Source of the DNA: a virus
Lineage: Duplodnaviria > Caudoviricetes
Length of the DNA: 38,132 nucleotides
IMG/VR virus record: IMGVR_UViG_3300014208_000082
Location: 1 to 38,132 of that record
Direction: 5' to 3' (one strand)
Shown piece after piece: positions 1 to 9,071 of this stretch. Within the stretch, counting starts at the first letter, position 1; each line of letters begins with the position of its first letter. A program made the translations under genes and the position numbers. Below the pieces are notes generated by a model. It saw only the letters and a list, made by a program, of their open reading frames with translations, had not been told where the DNA came from and did no database searches.

Positions 1-360
1 CAAAAGAAACACAAATCCTTACTTGAAGCCAAAACCATGCAACAGGCCAATTTTTATTACAAGATTAAGGATGAAGAAATTAAGGAGATGGTGGAGGCTC
101 AAGGATGGCGCTTTATTGGCACCAAACGCTTCATGACGACGGCTGTAGTGTTCTTTGCGATGCCAGACACCATTACGCAGGATAGAGCGCTGGATAAGCT
201 TTATAAGATTACTGGGGACTATGCGCCGGAGAAACACCAAACTATCGATCCTCTTGAGGGTATGGGGTTAGAAGATTTGGAACAGGCTATTGAGGAAAAA
301 AGGGGATTGATTGACCGCTATAAAAAATATCCCGGGCCGAAAAAGAAAGCTAAAAAATAA
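1..360 (+). CDS. 3' part of a terminase-small-subunit-like / HTH protein that wraps around the window ends
   Basis: Frame is open from base 1 (QKKHKSLLEAKTMQQ...); C-terminal PDTITQDRALDKLYKITGDYAPEK resembles phage TerS-like proteins; in frame with the ORF at 37968-38132. Confidence 0.6.
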   Translation, partial: QKKHKSLLEAKTMQQANFYYKIKDEEIKEMVEAQGWRFIGTKRFMTTAVVFFAMPDTITQDRALDKLYKITGDYAPEKHQTIDPLEGMGLEDLEQAIEEKRGLIDRYKKYPGPKKKAKK

Positions 361-400
361 GAAATTTTAAATTTTAGTGTTTATGTAGTACAATTACGGT

Positions 401-757
401 ATGGATAGGATGTGCAGTAAATGCAAAATAAATAAACGTCGAATTGGTGGTAGATATTGCCTTGAATGTCATGCTGAGTATTCACGACAAAATAGAAGTA
501 AATGGCCATTAACCGCAGAACAGCGCAAAAGAAACAATGCAAGATCATACCTTCATGTTTATGTTAAAAGGGGAAAAATAAAAAAACTACCTTGTGAGGA
601 ATGCCAAAATTCAAAATCAGAAGGTCATCACCCAGATTATTCTAAACCACTACAGGTAATTTGGTTATGTAAAAAACATCATAGAAAAAAACATTATGCC
701 AAAAGAACAAAAACTATACGCAATCACCATGCAGGGCGGCCGCGTTGCCAGCAATGA
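401..757 (+). CDS. HNH-like Zn-binding endonuclease
   Basis: CxxC pairs plus CEEC...EGHHPDYSKPLQVIWLCKKHH, a typical phage HNH-type signature. Confidence 0.65.
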   Translation: MDRMCSKCKINKRRIGGRYCLECHAEYSRQNRSKWPLTAEQRKRNNARSYLHVYVKRGKIKKLPCEECQNSKSEGHHPDYSKPLQVIWLCKKHHRKKHYAKRTKTIRNHHAGRPRCQQ

Positions 758-884
758 CGGGCTGTGTTTAATTTACATAGAAAAGAAAAAAGCGGAGGAT
801 TTTGTTAAGTGGCACAACAAAGTTGAAGGCCAGGGCGTACCTGTGCGCGTGGAAGAGGTGACAGTCAACAAAGCCCAGGTGTGA
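696..884 (+). CDS. hypothetical protein
   Basis: 62 aa ORF with plausible composition; overlaps the HNH tail. Confidence 0.5.
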   Translation: MPKEQKLYAITMQGGRVASNDGLCLIYIEKKKAEDFVKWHNKVEGQGVPVRVEEVTVNKAQV

Positions 885-890
885 TATAAT
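882..890 (+). promoter_or_regulatory. extended -10 promoter element
   Basis: TGATATAAT (TGn-TATAAT) about 40 nt before the ATG at 930. Confidence 0.5.
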
Positions 891-929
891 AAATATCTAG
901 TGGTTTTTTATAATTAACTTAAAATATCT

Positions 930-1211
930 ATGGATGAATTAAGAATTGGCATGATAGTACAATACAGCTATTTTCCCTCAGAGAATAAGCTGATTACCCT
1001 GCCGGCTATTATAACCGAGGTGGTAAATGAAACCACGGTGCATTTGTTTGTAGCTGGAGTCAACCACACATTTCACGTGCAAGGTGGTTCAGAATATGTG
1101 CAGTTAAAAGCATTGGAAATACAGTTAAGTGCAATCAATAAATGGGATGGCAAATTGCCACAGCAATTTATCCCAGACTCAACACTTCCATTTATCAATC
1201 TTGATAAATAA
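930..1211 (+). CDS. hypothetical phage protein (small beta-rich domain)
   Basis: 93 aa; IGMIVQY...PAIITEV...VHLFV pattern of small phage proteins. Confidence 0.6.
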   Translation: MDELRIGMIVQYSYFPSENKLITLPAIITEVVNETTVHLFVAGVNHTFHVQGGSEYVQLKALEIQLSAINKWDGKLPQQFIPDSTLPFINLDK

Positions 1212-1214
1212 TAC

Positions 1215-1250
1215 TCTGACCGTTCAGCTTTTGCGAGCTGAATGGCTAGA
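1215..1250 (+). other. RNA hairpin
   Basis: CCGTTCAGCT (1220-1229) pairs with AGCTGAATGG (1236-1245), extendable past one mismatch. Confidence 0.6.
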
Positions 1251-1271
1251 ATATTATTAAAAACTACCAAA

Positions 1272-1370
1272 ATGAAATTACCCTTATTCGCTTTAATAGT
1301 AGGCATAGCCTTTATATTGGGTGCGGTGTGTGGGGTTTATTTGATTATTATTTATATTAACTGGCGATGA
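1272..1370 (+). CDS. 32 aa single-helix hydrophobic peptide
   Basis: Hand-translated MKLPLFALIVGIAFILGAVCGVYLIIIYINWR; resembles the peptide at 28763. Confidence 0.55.
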   Translation: MKLPLFALIVGIAFILGAVCGVYLIIIYINWR

Positions 1371-1403
1371 ATAATTATTAAAAGCTTGCGAAAGGTCGGG
1401 AAT

Positions 1404-1440
1404 GGGAGTTGTTGTATATGCTCGTAATACAGCGACTCCC
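1404..1440 (+). other. 14-bp RNA hairpin (no U-tract)
   Basis: GGGAGTTGTTGTAT / ATACAGCGACTCCC with G-U pairs. Confidence 0.6.
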
Positions 1441-1457
1441 GCTAATTCTAAAAATAT

Positions 1458-1886
1458 ATGACAAGAATTAATGCAAAGAAAAAAGGTAATGCCGGTGAAA
1501 ATAGATTTGCAAAATGGCTTGCTTTTAAAGGTATAGACAATGTAAAAAGAAATCAAGGATCAGGTGCGGGTATTGCAAAATCAGATATTCATAATTCACT
1601 CGGAATAAACTTTGAAATTAAAACAGTAAAAGCACTAAATCTTAAAAGAGCGTTTGGACAATCAGAAAGAGACTCGGTAATGTCTCATACTAAACCTTAT
1701 GTAGTAGTCCATTTTGACGGCATGCCAGAAGATACTTGGATTGTTTGTATGTCGTCAGATGACTGGATTGACCTATTCAGAGCCGCGCAAGAGCCTAAAA
1801 CCCCACAGAACGCCAATTCTGAAGCCAGGTGGGCTATTAAAAGCCTAATCAATGTAGCTAAAAAAGTATTAAAACTACTAGAATGA
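1458..1886 (+). CDS. Holliday junction resolvase-like PD-(D/E)XK nuclease (Hjc type)
   Basis: KKKGNAGENRFAKWL...SDI...FEIK motif arrangement. Confidence 0.75.
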   Translation: MTRINAKKKGNAGENRFAKWLAFKGIDNVKRNQGSGAGIAKSDIHNSLGINFEIKTVKALNLKRAFGQSERDSVMSHTKPYVVVHFDGMPEDTWIVCMSSDDWIDLFRAAQEPKTPQNANSEARWAIKSLINVAKKVLKLLE

Positions 1887-2236
1887 CAGATAAATTAGTA
1901 ACCATAGATTTAATACTGGACTTCATGAGGGAAAAGGTAGAGCAAAAAGAAGCATTTCCACCTTCTGAATGGATAAATATTGCTTTTAAGATTAATGCTT
2001 TACTGGGGAATGAAGACGACAAACTAACAGAACTTGATCAAGAAGTTGCCGGATTACAACAAAGCTACATGATAGCAAACGATAATAATGTTTCGGCCAC
2101 AAAATTAATGCTAAGAACTACTGATGAATACAAAGAACTGCAGAAATTAAAAGCTAAGATTAAAAGAGCAGAAGAGTTTGTAAGAATAGCCAAAAAGCGT
2201 GCGGAAATGGGAAGAGATGAAATGAGTGGATATTGA
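1883..2236 (+). CDS. hypothetical helical/coiled-coil protein
   Basis: 117 aa, ATGA-coupled to the resolvase gene. Confidence 0.7.
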   Translation: MTDKLVTIDLILDFMREKVEQKEAFPPSEWINIAFKINALLGNEDDKLTELDQEVAGLQQSYMIANDNNVSATKLMLRTTDEYKELQKLKAKIKRAEEFVRIAKKRAEMGRDEMSGY

Positions 2237-2265
2237 TGTACAAATTAATAAATTAGTGATATACT
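2237..2265 (+). promoter_or_regulatory. sigma70-type promoter
   Basis: TGTACA-17 bp-TATACT with extended TG. Confidence 0.45.
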
Positions 2266-2280
2266 TAATAATCTACGGCT

Positions 2281-2425
2281 ATGAAAAAACATAAACAATA
2301 AACACAGGTGGCATTTTATAAGGGAATATAATAATGTCGGTAATATTAAAAACATCAAAAGAAACTACGAATTTATATGTGATATATGCGGAAAAATAAA
2401 GACGTTAGTGATAAAATTTAAATAG
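2281..2425 (+). pseudogene. small Zn-ribbon gene frameshifted by a 7-nt tandem duplication
   Basis: ATAAACA occurs twice (2291-2304); removing one copy gives a 45 aa ORF MKKHKHRWHFIREY...FICDICGKIKTLVIKFK. Confidence 0.55.
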
Positions 2426-2432
2426 AAACATT

Positions 2433-2663
2433 ATGAAGTTAATAGACAACGTTTGGAAGAAGAAATCAAAAAAGAACGAATCCATTGATTTGCCATATCC
2501 ACCAAGAGATGATAAAGAACTTATTAATATTGCTCGTACAATAGAATATATATCTGAACACTGTGAACAAAAGAACAAACATAATTATATAATAGCTAAA
2601 TGTCCTTGTTGTGGTGAGGATCTTATTATTAAACCATTGAGAAGTGCAGACGAGAAGGATTAG
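2433..2663 (+). CDS. hypothetical protein with Cys cluster
   Basis: 76 aa, KCPCCG. Confidence 0.6.
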   Translation: MKLIDNVWKKKSKKNESIDLPYPPRDDKELINIARTIEYISEHCEQKNKHNYIIAKCPCCGEDLIIKPLRSADEKD

Positions 2664-2707
2664 TGAGAATAAAGGGGAATCGTTTTAAATGACTTATAAC
2701 TAAGACA

Positions 2708-3127
2708 ATGGCTGGTAAGGGTGGAAATATGAATCCGATGGGTATCGGAGGATTGCAAACACGTCCTCAAGACCGATCTAATGGTCGTTGGTCAAAAGAG
2801 AACTCATTCTCCTATTGGATGAATTTTTTTAAGCAACTTAATACAAAAGCATTTCTGTCGTGGAAAAAAGATAATCCGGAACATACAATGGCGGCGAGTT
2901 TAGCTTATGAAAGAGTATTAAAAGGACGTATTGATTTAAAAGAGTTTCAAGAAGTAGCTAATCGTACGGAGGGAATGCCAAAAACATCTCTGGAATTATC
3001 CGGGCCAGAAGGAGCTCCTATTGAAATATCAAACATTGAGGCTTTAAATAAAATATATGGTAATGACCCCAATAGAAAGACTTCTGACGCTGGCCAAAAA
3101 AACGAAAGTACCAAGGGAACAGATTGA
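2708..3127 (+). CDS. probable terminase small subunit
   Basis: Directly upstream of and overlapping TerL; KEVANRTEGMPKTSLELSGPEGAPI-type C-terminus. Confidence 0.6.
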   Translation: MAGKGGNMNPMGIGGLQTRPQDRSNGRWSKENSFSYWMNFFKQLNTKAFLSWKKDNPEHTMAASLAYERVLKGRIDLKEFQEVANRTEGMPKTSLELSGPEGAPIEISNIEALNKIYGNDPNRKTSDAGQKNESTKGTD

Positions 3128-4469
3128 GCGATTTTTAATAGCAAAATATATACCATTGCCTTGGCAGTTAAAATTCCATGCAATAGCTCGCACTTGTGAT
3201 TTACCGGATGGGCCGATAGAAGTGGCAGCCGGTGGGGCTAGGGGGCCGGGAAAATCTTTTGCTTGCTTTGCTCAAGTTTCCATTGATGATTGTCAGCGTT
3301 TCCCTGGTTTGAAAGTGTTATTTTTACGTAAGACCGCAGTCAGTGCTAAAGAATCGTTTGGAGATTTAATTGATAAAGTAATTCGTGGCAGGGTTGGATA
3401 TAGCCAGGCTGGTAATGTTCTTACTCTGACAAACGGATCAAGGATTATATTAGGCGGATTTCACGACGCTAATGATATTGATAAATATATCGGGATTGAA
3501 TACGATGTAATAGTTTTAGAGGAAGCAAATCAGCTTACAGAGGATAAAATAGACAAGTTAAAAGGTTCTCTGCGTACCAGTAAAGCCGGCTGGCGACCTA
3601 GACTGTATTGTTCATTTAACCCTGGTGGCCTTGGACACAACTTAGTTAAAAAGCGTTATGTAATTCCATTTAGAGAGAATAAGGAAACCATAACCAGATA
3701 TATTCCATCAACATACAAAGACAATCCGTTTCTTAACAAAGAATATATTGATTATCTTGAGGGTTTATCCGGCAATTTAGGTAAGGCTTGGCGAGAAGGC
3801 GATTTTGATATATTTGAGGGACAATATTTTAGCGAATGGGATTATAATGTACACGTAGTTGAACCATTTAAAATACCAAAAGAATGGAAAAGATATAGAG
3901 GGCTTGATCATGGTTCCGCTAAACCTACATCTTGCCACTGGTATGCGTTAGACCCTGATGATAATGTTTATTGCTATCGGGAGCATTATTTGATTGATAA
4001 ATTGGCTTCTAACCATGCTAAAAGGATAAAGGAATTATCGGAGGGTGAAGAGATTACCTACACGGCTGCTGATCCATCTATGTGGATTAAATCGCCTACT
4101 GACGGAAAGAGTGCACAAGAAATATATGCTGAAAACGGAGTGCCTCTTACTAAAGCAAATAATGACCGAATTAATGGGTGGGCGGTTGTTAGGGAATACT
4201 TAAATCATGAAAACAAACCTCCTCGCTTGCGTATTTTCAAAACATGTTATAAAATGATAGAGACTATTCCTGAAATGGTGCATGATGATTTAAAACCTGA
4301 AGATTTGAATACTGATTCAAACGACCATGCATGCGACGATCTTAGATATTTCCTAGTATCCCGTTCATATCCTTCAAAAATTAAAAAAGACAGTCCTCCT
4401 ATAGGTTCGTTCCTATGGACGATAGACCAAGAGAAGAAAAGGCGCGAACTCGCTGATTCTATAATCTAA
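3057..4469 (+). CDS. terL: terminase large subunit (start 3057 or 3063)
   Basis: Walker A GGARGPGKS, Walker B VIVLEEA, coupling motif SFNPGG, nuclease motifs GLDHG and DHACDDLRY. Confidence 0.95.
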   Translation: MVMTPIERLLTLAKKTKVPREQIERFLIAKYIPLPWQLKFHAIARTCDLPDGPIEVAAGGARGPGKSFACFAQVSIDDCQRFPGLKVLFLRKTAVSAKESFGDLIDKVIRGRVGYSQAGNVLTLTNGSRIILGGFHDANDIDKYIGIEYDVIVLEEANQLTEDKIDKLKGSLRTSKAGWRPRLYCSFNPGGLGHNLVKKRYVIPFRENKETITRYIPSTYKDNPFLNKEYIDYLEGLSGNLGKAWREGDFDIFEGQYFSEWDYNVHVVEPFKIPKEWKRYRGLDHGSAKPTSCHWYALDPDDNVYCYREHYLIDKLASNHAKRIKELSEGEEITYTAADPSMWIKSPTDGKSAQEIYAENGVPLTKANNDRINGWAVVREYLNHENKPPRLRIFKTCYKMIETIPEMVHDDLKPEDLNTDSNDHACDDLRYFLVSRSYPSKIKKDSPPIGSFLWTIDQEKKRRELADSII

Positions 4470-6331
4470 TGGCAAAGAAAAAAGAAAAAACAGAAACAGA
4501 AGATAAGAATAAAATAATTCTTGACCGTATTTTAGTTGCCCGTAATAACTCTAAGGTTTGGCATGATAAGGTAAAAACGTGGAATAAATTCTGGAATGGC
4601 ACAGCAAGACCAGGCTCAATTAAGCAAAGTGATTATATCTTTGTTAATTATGTATTTGCGGTAATAAAAAATAAGTTATCTAGACTTTATTATCGCAATC
4701 CTTTTATTAATGTAAAACCTGTCAATCCTAAGAACGAAAAGGCTGTTTTAGCTGCTGAAAAAGCCGAACCGGTGGTAAATAAGCAGATGAATGATAGGAA
4801 GTTAGGAATACGCTCCCAAATCAAAAAATCCTTAACAGATTGGCAACGCACGGGAATTGGAGCGTTTTTTGTTGGTTGGAAAACTGATTTAGAAGAAGAT
4901 AAAGACGAAGTAAAATCAATTAATTCAGATCAACCCGATTTCAGACGTATTCATCCGTTAAAACTTCATTTACCTCCTTCGTTTACTCCGGAGAAACAAC
5001 CTTATGTGGTTATCGAGGTAGACAGTTCTTTAGATGATTTGAAAAAGAATAAAAACTATGACCAGGAAGTATTAAAAAACCTGCGGCCGGCATCAATTTC
5101 ATATATTAAAAGCAATAAAAGTTCTTCTGAATCAAAAGACTTAGCACGAATCAAAACATTTCATTACTACGATTCGGAAGAAAGAGCTGTTTACGTCCAA
5201 AGCGAGGATAAACCTATTTTAGCACCGGAAGAGAATCCTTATGCTGAAATATTCGGTGAAGAGAAAGCAATCCCTGTACGTTTTATTTGGGGTGATGATG
5301 ATTTAGAGAGCGAGTGGCCGATAAGCACTATCCAGATAATGGAAAAATTGCAGTTAGAGCTGAATAAAACCCGTACTCAAAAATCAATTCATCGTAAAAG
5401 ATTCAACCGTAAATATTTAGTTGATAGCAGTTTAGGCAGTGATGATATTGCAAAAATTGAAGAAGGACAGGATGGCATTGTTGTCCCAATATCCTTAGAG
5501 GGCGGAAAGAACATCAATAATTTAGTTGTACCAATATCTGACGCTAATCAGACAATGGCGAATGATGAAATGGATCGTCTGACTAAAGATGATATAAACG
5601 TTATTACGGGAATGTCTCAAGTTGGTTTATCAGGTAAGAGTGTTAATGAAACTTTGGGTCAAGACCAAATCGGTGAAAGCAGAAGTCAAGCGAGGGAAGA
5701 TGAAGAACAGGAAATGGTTGAGGAATTTGTGGAGGATATTTATGGCTCATTATTGCAGTTAGACCAGGCAAATTTACAAACCCCAACGGCTGTTAAAATA
5801 AACGGTTCTAAAACACAAGAATGGCAAGAGGTATCATCAGAAGATATTAAAGGTGAAATGCTATTATCTGTTGTTTCTGGTTCAATGGTGCGTGAGACAG
5901 ATGACCAAGTAAGAAAAGAAGCGGGTGCTGTCAGTGCACACATAGCGACTGTTCCGATGTTATCTAAACTACTCCCAGATGTTGCTGCATCTATTTTGGA
6001 TACATACCCACAATTTTCAAGTATTGCTGATAAAGCAAAGGAAATAATTAAGCAGAATGAGAATACTCCGCCGTCACCACCACCACCTCCTGTATCAACA
6101 CCTGCTCAAATACTAGTTGCAATATCTGATTTAATTAAAGGCGGAGTACAAGTATCAATTAATCAAATTGAGGCAGCATTACAAATGGCAGGATTGCCTC
6201 CATCTACACCTCCTACACCTCAAATTATGCCACCTATGGGACAAGAAATGCCAGGACAGCCTCCTATGCCTCCACAAGAGCAACCAGAGTGGTCAAATCC
6301 TACTCCACCAATTAATACACCACCACAATGA
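4469..6331 (+). CDS. portal protein (podovirus type) with Pro-rich C-terminal tail
   Basis: 620 aa directly after TerL, TAATG-coupled; size and helical character fit a portal. Confidence 0.85.
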   Translation: MAKKKEKTETEDKNKIILDRILVARNNSKVWHDKVKTWNKFWNGTARPGSIKQSDYIFVNYVFAVIKNKLSRLYYRNPFINVKPVNPKNEKAVLAAEKAEPVVNKQMNDRKLGIRSQIKKSLTDWQRTGIGAFFVGWKTDLEEDKDEVKSINSDQPDFRRIHPLKLHLPPSFTPEKQPYVVIEVDSSLDDLKKNKNYDQEVLKNLRPASISYIKSNKSSSESKDLARIKTFHYYDSEERAVYVQSEDKPILAPEENPYAEIFGEEKAIPVRFIWGDDDLESEWPISTIQIMEKLQLELNKTRTQKSIHRKRFNRKYLVDSSLGSDDIAKIEEGQDGIVVPISLEGGKNINNLVVPISDANQTMANDEMDRLTKDDINVITGMSQVGLSGKSVNETLGQDQIGESRSQAREDEEQEMVEEFVEDIYGSLLQLDQANLQTPTAVKINGSKTQEWQEVSSEDIKGEMLLSVVSGSMVRETDDQVRKEAGAVSAHIATVPMLSKLLPDVAASILDTYPQFSSIADKAKEIIKQNENTPPSPPPPPVSTPAQILVAISDLIKGGVQVSINQIEAALQMAGLPPSTPPTPQIMPPMGQEMPGQPPMPPQEQPEWSNPTPPINTPPQ

Positions 6332-6507
6332 AATACGCAGAAGTAAAAATGCACAAAGTAATGGATGAGTTTGCTTCGGGTAAATTACATAGTGGTTCTG
6401 CTAAGGGGCCGGTTGTGATCAATCGTAAACAGGCTATTGCTATTGGAATATCGGAAGGTAAAAAGAAAAAAAACAAAGCAATTTTAGATTCTTTAAGAAA
6501 AAAATAA
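6328..6507 (+). CDS. small basic DUF6496-like protein
   Basis: Hand-translated MKYAEVKMHKVMDEFASGKLHSGSAKGPVVINRKQAIAIGISEGKKKK...; ATGA overlap with the portal stop. Confidence 0.75.
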   Translation: MKYAEVKMHKVMDEFASGKLHSGSAKGPVVINRKQAIAIGISEGKKKKNKAILDSLRKK

Positions 6508-6508
6508 A

Positions 6509-6814
6509 ATGGAAGAAGCAAAGGAAGGTTTTAAATTTACTATTACTCCAGCGGAAGCAAATCAATTAGGACTGGGTAATTATGAAGAAGGTCATGAATG
6601 TATGTTTATGGTCAAAGCAGTTTTAATTAAAAATGATAACGCTACCCTTACTTTCTGTGCTTCCGAAATAGAAAAAGTAGGAGTTGATAAACCTATGGAT
6701 ATTCCCGAAGGTTCCAGTCCAATGCACAAATCCGGTATGGGTATGAAAATGGGTCCGGTAGATAAAAACAAGATACAATATGTCAGACCAACAACTGAGG
6801 CTTATGTAGGGTAA
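6509..6814 (+). CDS. hypothetical head-module protein
   Basis: 101 aa, tightly packed in the operon. Confidence 0.7.
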   Translation: MEEAKEGFKFTITPAEANQLGLGNYEEGHECMFMVKAVLIKNDNATLTFCASEIEKVGVDKPMDIPEGSSPMHKSGMGMKMGPVDKNKIQYVRPTTEAYVG

Positions 6815-6815
6815 T

Positions 6816-7184
6816 ATGCGATATATAACTGATAAAGAAATAGCAGAAAGAGATCCGAAACGTCATAAAGAATTATTGGAATATAGCAGAGATGTTTTAA
6901 GTAAAAAAGAGCCGGAGTTATATAAAAAATACAAAGATATTTATTGCCTTGTATGCCATATACCGAGAGAAATACCATTTTCTCGATATTGCAAAAAACA
7001 TTATAAGCTGTATAATGAAAAGCAGAGGTCTGATATAAGAAGCGGTAGGAGTAGAAGACCTAATTATGCTTATTCAGAACCTGGGTTTAATGAAGGCATG
7101 AACGCCTGGGTGGAAGACAAATATCATTACAGAGAATTACTTGATAGATTTCATAGAGAAGAAAGTTTACAATCAATAGGATAA
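6816..7184 (+). CDS. hypothetical Zn-binding protein upstream of scaffold
   Basis: CLVC...CKKH; 122 aa. Confidence 0.7.
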   Translation: MRYITDKEIAERDPKRHKELLEYSRDVLSKKEPELYKKYKDIYCLVCHIPREIPFSRYCKKHYKLYNEKQRSDIRSGRSRRPNYAYSEPGFNEGMNAWVEDKYHYRELLDRFHREESLQSIG

Positions 7185-7195
7185 AGAATACTAAT

Positions 7196-7274
7196 CGCTG
7201 GAGATCGGTCTATTTGTGGGACGCTTCACTCCAGCGGAGGGTTCCACTAATGGACTGAGAAATCAGTCCTTTTT
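7196..7274 (+). promoter_or_regulatory. structured leader: pseudoknot/antiterminator overlapping an intrinsic terminator
   Basis: 7196-7203 pairs with 7229-7236; 7205-7222 pairs with 7241-7258; the latter overlaps the terminator stem. Confidence 0.55.
7252..7274 (+). terminator. intrinsic terminator
   Basis: GGACTGA-GAAA-TCAGTCC-TTTTT. Confidence 0.7.
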
Positions 7275-7292
7275 ATTCTTTAACATAAACCT

Positions 7293-8072
7293 ATGCCAGA
7301 TGACATTTCTAGTGGGGACACTTTAGAAGGTGGAGTTCCAGTTGATACTGGGGACACTCCAAGTTCCACTGACGATGCTACTGTTAATCCTCCTGAAGAG
7401 GGTACTCAGCCAAGTGCTGATCCAATTCAAGAAGAATTACCAGAGGCTCTTCGGGATAAATATATCCCGATTGACCGGTATCAAAACCTTGAATCTAAGT
7501 TGGGAAATTGGTCGGAAGTCGAAAAGAAAGCGGCTCTTTATGAGCAGTTTTCTCAAGACCCGCGTGTTCAGAATGCGTTGCAACCTGAACCTGCCCAACC
7601 CGAACCATTGCCTGATTTTTCACAAATGGACGCTCCAAAGGTACTTGAATATCTTGACCAGCGTGCAGAAAAATTAGCGCAAAGACTTTTCGATGAGAAA
7701 ATATCTCAATTCAAATCTGAGAATATTGACCCTATGGCTAAAGACGTTTATACACGTCAAGCCGACGAAATGGTTAAGGGTATGGAATCAAAATATCCTG
7801 ATTTCAAGGAAAACAAAGATGCTATTGCTGAATTTTTAGACCAAAATCCTTCACTTGCTGAAAATCTGAATGAAAAAAGTTTAGAGATGGCATACCGGTA
7901 TGTAACTTGGGAAAAGCAACAAAAGACGGGAGCGGATCAAGCTGTTAAGAAACTACTTAACAAATCTAAAGAAACATCTGTAACTCCGCAAGGAACTGCA
8001 CCCGCCGGAAAAGCTAAAGCCAAGTCTATTGCTGACGCATGGGCGCAAGCTGAAGAAGGAACTATAAATTAA
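7293..8072 (+). CDS. capsid scaffolding protein
   Basis: Acidic disordered N-terminus, helical body, immediately upstream of the major capsid gene. Confidence 0.8.
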   Translation: MPDDISSGDTLEGGVPVDTGDTPSSTDDATVNPPEEGTQPSADPIQEELPEALRDKYIPIDRYQNLESKLGNWSEVEKKAALYEQFSQDPRVQNALQPEPAQPEPLPDFSQMDAPKVLEYLDQRAEKLAQRLFDEKISQFKSENIDPMAKDVYTRQADEMVKGMESKYPDFKENKDAIAEFLDQNPSLAENLNEKSLEMAYRYVTWEKQQKTGADQAVKKLLNKSKETSVTPQGTAPAGKAKAKSIADAWAQAEEGTIN

Positions 8073-8084
8073 CCTAAAAATAAA

Positions 8085-9053
8085 ATGTCTTCTCCTGGTT
8101 CACAATTAAATACAGATTTTGATTCAATTGCATCAACAACTCTGCAAAATTACCAACCGCAATTACAAGACAACATTTACAAAAAGTTACCTTTCTTTTA
8201 TTGGATGATGGAGAAAGGTTCTAAACTAACTGTAGATGGCGGACGCACAATTGTTGTGCCTGTCACTTATGCCAAAAATTCCACCGCCGCTGCTTATGCA
8301 GGGTATGGGATTATTGACGTAACTCCGCAAGACAACGAAACTGCCGCTGAATATCCTTGGGCGCAATATGCTTCAAGTATTGCTATTTCAGGACGTGACG
8401 AACGTCAGAATAGTGGTAGTAAAGTAAAAATCATCAATCTATTACAGGCAAAAACAGATAATGCTGAAATGGCGCTCAAAACAAAGTTAGATGTTGATTT
8501 ATTTGGTTCACAGCTTACTAATTCCGCAGGTTCTAATGGAATTAATGGGTTTCAATCATTAATCAATGCTACTTCAACTGTTGGTAATATAAACAGCACT
8601 ACTCAGGCTTTCTGGCAAGCACAAGTAACCGCATCTGGTTCTTTTGCGACGCAAGGATTGGATAATATGAGAACTCTGTATAATTCATGCTCACTTGACG
8701 GTATGGGAAATCCTGACTTGGGTCTTACTACTCAGACTATCTTTGAGTATTATGAGAAATCATTACAGACACAGCAAAGATTTACCGATAGCGCAACACT
8801 GGACGGCGGATTCCAAAATCTGAAATTCAAAGGAATGACCCTGATGTGGGATAGCAATGCAACTTCTGGCGTAATGTATATGATTAACAGTGAATTTATG
8901 AAACTGGCAGTACACCCTGATGGTGATTTGAAGACTACACCTTTCGTAAAACCTGCTAATCAGGATGCAAAGATTGCTAATGTTCTGTTTATGGGTAATG
9001 TCATTGCTCTGCAAAGACGCAGACATGGAAAATTGACAGGAATTACTGCATAA
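8085..9053 (+). CDS. major capsid protein (podovirus HK97-fold type)
   Basis: 322 aa; TTLQNY...DNI...GGRTI...WAQYASSIAISG...NSG...INLLQAK pattern and position. Confidence 0.9.
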   Translation: MSSPGSQLNTDFDSIASTTLQNYQPQLQDNIYKKLPFFYWMMEKGSKLTVDGGRTIVVPVTYAKNSTAAAYAGYGIIDVTPQDNETAAEYPWAQYASSIAISGRDERQNSGSKVKIINLLQAKTDNAEMALKTKLDVDLFGSQLTNSAGSNGINGFQSLINATSTVGNINSTTQAFWQAQVTASGSFATQGLDNMRTLYNSCSLDGMGNPDLGLTTQTIFEYYEKSLQTQQRFTDSATLDGGFQNLKFKGMTLMWDSNATSGVMYMINSEFMKLAVHPDGDLKTTPFVKPANQDAKIANVLFMGNVIALQRRRHGKLTGITA

Positions 9054-9071
9054 TCAACTAATTGGAACATT

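Noticed and set aside
6060-6331. Pro/Gln/Met-rich repeats at the portal C-terminus as a distinct element
   Set aside because: Low-complexity tails are common on podophage portals
7252-7269. Hammerhead ribozyme core (CTGAGAAA)
   Set aside because: Lacks CUGANGA and the three-helix junction; better explained as a terminator stem
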